A DNA stretch of 64,000 bases, from the NCBI GenBank assembly GCA_964016885.1, contig OZ024744.1:61628001-61692000 (forward strand), read 5' to 3'. Under the pieces are notes generated by a model. It searched no databases and was not told the origin of the DNA. It saw only the letters and a program-made list of their open reading frames with translations. The position numbers and the translations under genes are program-made. Numbering within the stretch: position 1 is the first letter of the stretch; every line of letters starts with the position of its first letter. The DNA comes from Eledone cirrhosa (taxonomy: Eukaryota). Shown here one piece after another: positions 54,401 through 64,000 of this stretch.

Positions 54401-55265
54401 AATATGCCCCCCCCCCCCCCCCACCGCAAGGTGGTCGTGGAGGTGCCACGGCAAAAAAGCACCCAGCCCACACTGTAAAGTGGACGTGTAGGCGCCACGA
54501 AAAAGCACCCAGCACTCACTGTAAATGAGGTTGGTGTTAGGAAGGGCATCCAGCTGTAGAAATCAAGCCAGATCAGTTCCTGTATGAGCAAGGCATGGTC
54601 AGCCGACCAGACACTGCCCACAACAGGACAACCCGTCTAACCCATGCTAGCGTGGAAGAACGGACGTAAAACGGTGATGATGATGATGATGATGAGAGAT
54701 GTGGGTCGGTGGTTGGTTTATGGAATATAGAGATGTGGTTCAGTGGTTGATTTATGGAATATAGAGATGTAGGTCGGTGGTTGGTTTATGGAATATAGAG
54801 AAGTGAGTCGGTGGTTGGTTTATGGAATATAGAGATGTGGGTCGTTGGTTGGTTTATGGAATATAGATATGTGGGTCGGTGGTTGGTTTATGGAATATAG
54901 AGATGTGGGCCGGTGGTTGGTTTATGGAATATAGAGATGTGGGTCAGTGATTGGTTTATGGAATATAGAGATGTGGGTCGGTGGTTGGTTTATGGAATAT
55001 AGAGATGTGGGTCGGTGGTTGGTTTATGGAATAGAGATATGTGGGTCGGTGGTTAGTTTTATGGAATATCGAGATGTGGGTCGGTGGTTGGTTTATGGAA
55101 TATAGAGATGTGGGTTGGTGGTTGGTTTATTGAATATAGAGATGTGGGTTGGTGGTTGGTTTATGGAATATAGAGATTTGGGTTGGTGGTTGGTTTATGG
55201 AATATAGAGATGTGGGTCGGTGGTTGGTTAAAAGGGAAATAAAGGTGTGGGTCGGCAGTTGGTTT
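27425..55265. repeat. ~28-kb satellite array of a 34-bp monomer (~800 copies) with higher-order repeats
   Basis: Consensus GGAATATAGAGATGTGGGTCGGTGGTTGGTTTAT in uninterrupted head-to-tail orientation except for the insertion at 54340-54693. Confidence 0.99.
54340..54693 (+). mobile_element. Young RTE-related retro-insertion inside the satellite
   Basis: aaaaagcacccagc...cactgtaaa subrepeats, taggaagggcatccagc motif and (GAT)n tail; the last ~70 bp match 57598-57673 (-) almost exactly. Confidence 0.88.
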
Positions 55266-55418
55266 AACAGTAACATGGATGGTGTTGGAGGTTGAATTTA
55301 GGCATTAGTTTATATATATAATATATGCAAAAGATCTATTTAAATTGTTGGGATACAACAAGCAAATATTTTCATAACTGATATAAAGCACTCAACAAGT
55401 ATTTGGAGTAAACATACA

Positions 55419-55710
55419 ATATTAACAAATGGAAACTATATTTATAAAACCATATTTATTTCATTATACATATTTCAAGGACACCAAGTTAAATTATGGT
55501 GTGCTTTCATCAGACAAAATATAATATAGATCAGTTTTATAAATAAATATTGACATACCCTTAAAAAATGCAACCATTACTGTTGGAAGCTCCCGGGAGC
55601 TATATTATATTTTGTCTGATGAAAGCACACCATAATTTAACTTGGTGTCCTTGAAATATGTATAATGAAATAAATATGGTTTTATAAATATAGTTTCCAT
55701 TAGTTAATAT
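55419..55710. mobile_element. Fold-back element with ~111-bp inverted arms, each carrying a hammerhead motif
   Basis: 55419-55529 is the reverse complement of 55600-55710 (1 mismatch); 14-bp palindrome agctcccgggagct at the inner junction. Confidence 0.85.
55608..55672 (+). ncRNA. Minimal type I hammerhead ribozyme (mirror copy 55457-55521 on minus strand)
   Basis: tattttgt-CUGAUGA-aagcacacc...ggtgtcctt-GAAA-tatgta-UA-atgaaata; stem I 8 bp with 2 G-U pairs, stem II 8/9 bp, quasi-palindromic stem III. Confidence 0.68.
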
Positions 55711-55901
55711 CGTATATATAATATATATATATATATGTTCAGTAGAAGTTGTTTTGGTAAAAACAGGAGTAAGCAGGAGAAAACTCTCTACATTTGTAAT
55801 GCGTAGTTACGATGGAGAATTTTCTCCTGCTTACTCCTGTTTTTACCAAAACAACTTCTACTGAACATATATATATATATATTATAGATACGATATTAAC
55901 T
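55702..55901. repeat. Inverted duplication (~82-bp arms) overlapping the previous element's tail and (TA)n
   Basis: agttaatatcgta(TA)n gttcagtagaag...caggagaaaa is mirrored by ttttctcctg...ctgaac(AT)n...tacgatattaact. Confidence 0.92.
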
Positions 55902-56064
55902 TATGCATTCAATGATGTAATGTATGCATTTGTTGTGGTTATGGGAATGGTATCTTCAGATGAAAATCCAATTTTGTGATATGCTGCAGGTGAAAAACAC
56001 ATCCTTCTCGTGTTCCTGGGTGACATAACGATAACAAATGCATACATTACATCATGGATTGCAT
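55902..56064. repeat. Third fold-back with 33-bp arms
   Basis: tatgcattcaatgatgtaatgtatgcatttgtt / aacaaatgcatacattacatcatggattgcata (2 mismatches). Confidence 0.8.
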
Positions 56065-56150
56065 AAAGGAACCGTTGAAATAATTTTAACAAATAAATGA
56101 TTTATGTAACATCAGCATTTTTCTTAATGTTATTCTTATATAAATATATA

Positions 56151-56762
<612 letters not shown>

Positions 56763-56872
56763 TTGTTCTGGCTCGTTAATTTTATTAACCTGCCATTGAA
56801 CCACACTGGCATTTGGTTGGACAATACATGCGTACCTTGGCGCCTTGTGCGTGAAGGAACGTATATCCTATA

Positions 56873-56908
<36 letters not shown>

Positions 56909-56929
56909 AATATATATATATATACATAT

Positions 56930-57572
56930 ATCATCATCATCATCATCAACGTTTAACGTCCGTGTTCCACGCTTCCATGGGTTTGGACGGGGGTTTTCCC
57001 ACTTGAGGCAAGAGTGATTGTCTTGCTCGCATAGGATTGTCTGGCAGGTTTTCTACAGTTGGATGCCCTTCCTAACACCAACCACATTTACAGTGTGGGT
57101 CTGGGAGGTTTTTACCGTGTTGCCTACACGGCCACATTACAGCGTGGACTGTGTGTGTTTTTGTCGTGATACCTACACGATCTCATTTGTTTCGGCCTGG
57201 ATGGTGTGGCACCAACATAACTTTACATAGAAGGGGGCGGTGTGGATGGGGTGGGGGTGGTGGGACGGGGGTGTATTTTGTTAGAGATGCCTACAGACTG
57301 TAGTAGGTTTTACTTTGTATTTAGGTAAGGCGGGTCTTCTCTATTACTGAGTACCGCCAAAGGTCTCGGTCCAGTGACATTGTCTTGGTGAGGTGTAAGT
57401 GTGTGAGGTCGGAGTTTATCAGCTCGTCCCAGGTTTTTCTGGGTCTGCCTATTCCGTGGCTACCGTCTATCTTTATTGCCCTGCACTTTGTTATACAGCT
57501 ATCGTCCTTCATGCGCATCACGTGACCATACCAACGTAGCCTTCTCTCTAGTAAACAACATCTGATCCCTCT
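56930..57572 (-). mobile_element. RTE-like LINE 3' end (open C-terminal ORF 57321-57570, 3' UTR, (GAT)n tail), between TA tracts
   Basis: GIRCCLLERRLRWYGHVMRMKDDSCITKCRAIKIDGSHGIGRPRKTWDE...EKTRLT*. Confidence 0.9.
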
Positions 57573-57597
57573 TATATATATATATATATATATATAT

Positions 57598-57726
57598 ATC
57601 ATCATCATCATCATCATCATCACCGTTTTACGTCCGTTCTTCCACGCTAGCATGGGTTAGACGGGTTGTCCTGATGTAGGCATATATATATGGACGTGAA
57701 ACGACGATGATGATGATGATGATGAT
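57598..57726. mobile_element. Two very short RTE-type 3' tails in opposite orientation at TA tracts
   Basis: (CAT)n caccgttttacgtccg... on the minus strand and ggacgtgaaacgacgatgatgat on the plus strand. Confidence 0.7.
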
Positions 57727-58733
57727 ACAAGTGTTTTAAGATAATGTTTTACTTTCTAAAGTTAGAGATATCCTTGCGAATGTATGACAGGGTTTACACC
57801 CATCATGGTGTCCTTTTTTAAAGCGGTCATGCCTGGAGCATCTTTGATCATAGGTATGCTTGGTTATGATTAATCTAGTACTAAAACAGCGCCAATGCAC
57901 CTGCAAGATGACTGTAAGGACAGAAAATGAGGCCTTCAGGCATTGGTGTACAGTGACTTATCTAGTGTACTATGTAAACATTTGGTTTCACTACCTTTTT
58001 AGAATCTTCCTATCTACAATTTAAAGTAGTATTTCTGCAACTAATGCCTCTACACCAATCAGGACAATAATTAAAACACCACAATTGCTGCCATAATTAT
58101 TACCATTATTGCCACAATCGCCATCACCATCACCGTTACCAGAACCACAACCTGAACAATTAACACTTCTCTCTATTACAACAATAATTACTCCACCATT
58201 ATTATAACCATGATCACTACTACTGCTGCTCTGCTGCTGCTACTGCTGCTACTGCTACTACTACAATAGTAAATCTTGGCACCAGACTACACATTTCCTA
58301 AAAGAATGAAATGACTCTGGTACATGACGGCTACTTATTTATCTTATCAACCATGAAAGAAGGTGTAGTGACTCTCATGCAAATAGGTGAAATTTTGGTC
58401 ATTCATTGTTTTTTGTCAATTTATTGGACCAATGAGAGAGCAGTACTTTTCAGCCATGAACTGGTTATATAAACAGAACTACAAGATGTCCACCATTTTT
58501 TTTTTTTGTACAGAACTAAGCCAGGGCAGAATTTGGTTGTTGTCTGTTAGTGTTCAGCTGTTGGAGATATGTTTCATCTTAATGAGACATTGATTTGCTG
58601 TACCTTGATTCTGCCAGTTAACAAACCAGTTATGTTGTCATCCTTTCTGTAATGTCAACAACATTATCTCTTCATGCTACATACATGTGACCCAATGGAA
58701 TGTTAGGATGAGGATTCCCTTATCATCGGCTGA

Positions 58734-58815
<82 letters not shown>

Positions 58816-58820
58816 CTCTT

Positions 58821-58952
58821 CATGCATTATACATTCTGCCTTTCATGTTGAGGGGAACACCTTTTGTAGTTAGCAGCAGTAGTAGATCTACTACTGCTGT
58901 TAACTACAAAAGGTGTTCTCCTCAAAATGAAAGGCAGACTGTATAATGCATG
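58821..58952. repeat. Spacerless 132-bp palindrome made from an RTE fragment, next to (CT)n(TA)n
   Basis: Centre aga|tct at 58886/58887; 66-bp arms with 4 mismatches; the arm encodes LLLLLTTKGVLLKMKGRLYNAC. Confidence 0.93.
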
Positions 58953-59360
58953 TATACGAATTTGTATATGCAATGAATCCAGTGAAAATTATGAGATATT
59001 TGGGGTTTCTTATTTTGAACCTTAAATTCAATTATGCCATGACAGTTAATCATTATATATTTCTAATAATTCTATGATGTAACAATTATATTGATTCATG
59101 TAATGATTGTAATGTTTATTAATTATTTTAGGTGTTGAGACAAAACAAAATAATTCCATTTTCCTTCTCATCAATCCGTCAATAAAAAATAAATTACTTC
59201 AATAAAATTGTGTGTGATTTTTACAAATATATGACAGAGTAACTTTTATGATTTGGTTGTCAACAACTCTGGTATTTCGACATTTGTTGACAACTAATCC
59301 CAAACAAATACATCAGCTGACATTCTCCTCTATTGCTTTTGTTTGTTTCTCAGACACAGC

Positions 59361-59585
59361 TTAACCCTTTAGCATTTACATTACTCTATTGTATTTTCAT
59401 GGTAAACACTTTATTTCACATAATTATCTCAAATATCGAATCTATGAGATTTTGATATTATTTATTTTGAGTATAATACCTTAACATAAGTATGAAAGTA
59501 TGAGTGGCCAGTTGCAGCTGATTTGAACAGAAAGAGGTGAGAGGACTCTGGACGGATAGAACCAGTTCAAATGCTAAAGAGTTAA
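59361..59585. mobile_element. piggyBac-type MITE, same family as 22252-22481, opposite orientation
   Basis: TTAA-ccctttagcattt ... aaatgctaaagag-TTAA. Confidence 0.85.
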
Positions 59586-61479
59586 ACAATTTCCTATATA
59601 TTGCTTTCCAATGTCAATGATGTTTCACATTGTTATGTTGTCTTACTAAGAACCAAGACTGTTCACAGTAAGAAGTGTGGTGTTCATAGAAAATATATTT
59701 CGTAGATAAAGCAAGCTCAAAGAGACTTGGTTGTTCACTGTATGGTGTGTGGGAGTTGATATAAACTTGGTTATTCACTGTAAGATAGTTTAGTGATTCA
59801 GGTTGATGGTAGAGCTGGTTAAAAATTGAAAATATTTGCACAACTATATCTATAATGAATATTACAGCAACAACCCCCATCCCACCTGCAAACTGGATAT
59901 GTGCTGCTCAGTGATAGTATACCTAACTAAATGTGAGAAGTTAATGGTGTGTTCTGCTACATAAAGATTTTCATTGGCTTTTTATGGTTGCATGACATGG
60001 CTGCTGAACACAGTCATAGAGAAAAGTTGACAATTTTGAACTGTGGTGTTCATATGTTGCAGATTCCATGGAAAGTGTACAAGTAGAAACTAACATACTT
60101 TGGATATATGTATCAACAGCTATTCAGAGTACAAAACACCAGTACATTTTATCATGGCACCATCACTAGGGAGGTCAGATCACTAAATTATAATCATAAA
60201 TGAAAATTGAAAGGATGTTATGAAATAGTGAAAACAAAAACAGTGAGCATATCTCATAGATCATGCTAACTAACACAGCTACTTTAGGAAATATAAAGGA
60301 AGGGAGCCCAATCTGCCAGAAACAGCCTCTGGATTTCTTATATAAAACCTCTAATTTTAAAGTGCTCATATTTAACTTCAATCCTTCTCTTGTAATTTTG
60401 TTTCAAAAATCACTTTAATGATGGGGAAAGTCGATTATATCAACCCAGTACTTGACTGGTACTTCATCTATCCAGAATATCTTGTACTCTGCTTGCTGCT
60501 TAAATGTTGAATGAGATCCTATTTTCTTCTTCTATCCTCCTATCAAACCATTTTACCTTTCCTATTTAGAAACAATTCCTCGCTTTGTTTGTGTTCAATG
60601 AAGTCAATCCATCTAGAGAAATCAAGACTCCCAAAATAAAGTCAATTTAGGTTAAAACAAGGAGAGGGGAGCTTGTGTACAGGAAGGAGTTTTAAAACAT
60701 ACATTTCACTGTAGCATTTGTTGGCATCCAGCTGTACAAACACTGCCAAGCTAACAGCTTATCAAAATGATTATACACACACACACACAAACACACGCAA
60801 GCGCCATTATCATCATTCTATATCCACTTTTCTATGCTAGCATTGGTTAAACATACAACAGCAGAGGAAGAAAAAAAGACATTTTTGTGTTGTGCAGGCC
60901 TTTGCCTTCTAGCAGGACTAAAGAGTTCCTTCTACCTTGTATCAGTCCTTATCTTAAGCTACTGCCATCCCAGATGGCTTACGGAGCCAAATGAGTGTGC
61001 GTGTGTGTGCGCCCGTGCGTGTGTGTGTATGTATATGCGTGTGTGTTGGGCCTCTGTCAGTTCTGACAAGTGTTTGTTTGATCATCAGAACAGCTTACTT
61101 GTGAAATTAACGTGCAAATGACTGCATTTCACAAGCACATGTGTTCTTAACAGTGTTCAACAAAGCTGACCCTTTGAATTACAGGTGCGACTGGGAATTG
61201 ATATCATGACTGAACACCCCAACCACTAATCTACTATGCCACGCGCCTTCCCAGAGAGTCAAATAATTTGAAGTTAGTCGCTATACGTGTTATACCCCAG
61301 CAGAATGATCCTTTCTTGAGTAGTAAAACATCAGTTGGGCGCAGGGAGCGTAGAAAGATGTTAAGTATGATGTAAATTGTATGGAAAAGTAATTTACCTT
61401 TTATGGAGACGAGATGACTGTTTATATTAGATTTTATGAATCGATAGGAAGGTAAAATATTATGTAATTGTGTCAGCGA

Positions 61480-61679
<200 letters not shown>

Positions 61680-62399
61680 ATGTTCACGGAAGATAAATAG
61701 GGATTTGATCGAAACTTCCCTTGTAAAAATAGACATTACTTTAGATCGTTGATTTGAGAGAGAAAAAACTCCATATTAAGAAAGTAAGAGTAGTAGCAGC
61801 AGCAGCATCTAAGGATGTTAGAAGCATTTAAATGAATGAAAGAAGAAAAAACGGTGCAAAGGAAAACAAAAAGAAAAAAAAATGAGATGTAGCAGTTAGT
61901 CTAATCCTTTTCACAGCAACTGCCTAAAATCGACCTTCATCGATACAATAATTTTATGTAAAGAACTTTGCTAAGTTAAGCTCCAAACATCAACTTAATG
62001 AGAAAGTTAGTTATTCCTTAAATTCCCATCAAATTCTTGATTATTTTCAGAAAGAATTAAAAATAAAAGGCAGTGTCTTTCATTAAGCACCAAACTAACA
62101 ATGAGAAAGTTAGTTACCCCTCCAAATTCTTGATTAATTTCAAAATTAATGGAAAATTATAGGCACTGTCTTTTTTTATGTAACACAATTTATTAGTTAT
62201 ATATTAAATAACGTTACAAATAGGAGTGAAATATAAACACATGATATATACAAAGCATATAAATAAATTTACAGTAGAATAACATAACAAATGTGTTTTA
62301 AATATATACATAAATAACATTACAAATGCGTAAATAACATTATTAATTGCTCGCGATTCTTTCAGAAGGATATATTCCTTTAATGTTGCAATATTAAAG

Positions 62400-64000
62400 A
62401 AAATGTAAAAGAAGGGGTGAACAACGGAGTCACCACCAGAGCAAAAGACAGCAGCGTAGCGAGGTGTACCGGGCAACCTCGCTAATGATTTTTGAGGTAA
62501 GCCAACACATTCGCAGCGTGACCTCGGATGATGGCCAGGCTGATGCGCTGGAACAACTAAGCGCCCTCGCGAGATTCGCCAGTTGCCTCTATTAGACAAG
62601 CCGCCAGTGAAGAGAGGAAACTAGCAGTCAGCGGCCCGACTCCCCCAAATGTCTCGAAAGCCACAGGCTGGAAAATGTAGCTGGTCGACAGATCACAGTA
62701 TTTGAGGGTCTTACTCCGCTCGTCTGCGGAAACTGTGGCTCTCGCCCTAACCGCAGCATCCAGGATGTGGGAAGAAGCAAAAGAATCACTAACAGTGACG
62801 TCCCAGACAAGGCCTCTTGACCAGGGGCACAGGGTAAGGCCGTCAGGTCTTTTGCCGTCACTGCTGGATAACTCAGATGGTTCCAACATTGAGGGGATGT
62901 TCGCCCGGGCCAAAGCTCTCTTGAGAATGAGGTTTAGCTCCGTGTGACGCGCGAAGCGGTCGGAATTCAGGTGGCAAGAAAGACCATGGAGGCCTGTAGA
63001 GTCGAGGAGTTTGCCGCATCGACACCTCAAACCCATGCAGATGTCAGCTCCCACTCAGGGCGATGGAGACACGAAGTTCGCCCAGGCTGAGTAGGCCACC
63101 AACGTTGGTCACCTGAGTATTTGGCGCTGGCAGAGAGTAAGCGGCACCTTGCAAACTAATCCGACTGGATGAAGAGGGAGTTGAAGGTGGCCCTCAAACT
63201 TATGCTGTCCCAAGTTCTCTGACTTCGACTGTCCTCCACCTTCTCAGGAAGAGACAAACCCAACTCACTCCATTGCTGGAGAGCTTCACCCAACTCCCTG
63301 TTGGAACTAGTCCATGTTGGAGAGGAGAGGATGCTGCTCACCAGGGTGGAGGAAAGGAAGCAGGGGAGAGAGGGACGAACACTTACGAAGACCAAGACCG
63401 CCAAATCGCTTGGGCAACGCAGCCTGATAGCGGGACTCTGGAGAGAGTCTAACATTGACCAGGCACTCGAGTCTCTCGAAGATTAGGTCGTCGAAGCGTT
63501 GGAGGCAGGACGGAAATCTGTGAGAGGGGCTGACCCTGAGCAGATACAGAAGCTTAGCAATAGACAGGTAGTTCCTGAGTATGAAGAAACCTTGATGGGG
63601 TTCGATAACTTCGATATTCCTCAGCAGCTGCCCAAGGCCAACCATCTTCGATTGGAAGATTGGCTTGAAGGCCAGGTCTGTGATTGGAGCTCCTAAGGAT
63701 CACCAAGCCGACGAGGGTGGGACCGCGATGGAAGGGAAAGACTCAGTGAATAGGTTGATTAGCTGTTGGTATTGAGAAGCCGGGTGGTTGAGAATCCAGA
63801 GCTCACATTTGGAGCTACTGACCTGGAGACCCCGGCGGCCAAGCTCCTCAACCATTTTGTTGGCAGTGGCGAGAACCATATCCGGAGTTCCCCCAAACAA
63901 GCGTCGTCGAGGTACCAGACATTGAGGTCCAACTCACCCTCCCCCCCCCCCCCATTTTGGCGACGTCATCAATGCCCAATGCAAACAGAGCGGGCCCTAT
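62400..64000 (-). mobile_element. CRE-like non-LTR retrotransposon (RT end, CCHC finger, restriction-like endonuclease), frameshifted, running off the window
   Basis: DLNVWYLDDA at ~63900-63930; LPKRFGGLG; CRCGKLLDSTGLHGLSC; RHTELN; GKRPDGLTLCPWSRGLVWDVT; FQPVAFETFG. Confidence 0.88.

Noticed and set aside
27425-55265. CRISPR array or coding repeat (W/G/V-rich ORFs)
   Set aside because: Monomers are contiguous with no unique spacers and no cas genes. The ORFs arise only where point variants remove the TAG in a 34-bp unit.
59253-59297. Isolated 11-14-bp hairpin (similar one at 21058-21108)
   Set aside because: Short, with no ribozyme core or element boundaries; compatible with chance or minor template switching.

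Overview
AT-rich, repeat-saturated animal genomic DNA with no recognisable host protein-coding gene. The SINE/RTE/microsatellite complement resembles octopod cephalopod DNA (inference, not tested). Bases 1-27.4 kb and 55.3-64 kb are a mosaic of mostly decayed mobile elements: two Penelope-like elements (PLEs, one with inverted pseudo-LTRs), a Gypsy LTR/gag/protease fragment, R4/Dong-like, CRE-like, CR1-like and many RTE-like LINE pieces, tRNA-SINEs, hAT- and piggyBac-type MITEs and a Helitron-like element, plus mini- and microsatellites. Bases 27.4-55.3 kb are a ~28-kb G-rich 34-bp satellite with layered higher-order repeats and one young retro-insertion. The most notable signal is a set of type I hammerhead ribozyme folds (one canonical, one AUA-type present twice, one U3-A8 covariant) lying in PLE pseudo-LTRs and in small non-coding fold-back elements beside (TA)n tracts. 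Several local inverted duplications also copy flanking DNA at (TA)n. Together these suggest a Penelope-RT-driven, TA-targeted, ribozyme-bearing fold-back system. All folds and counts were made by eye.
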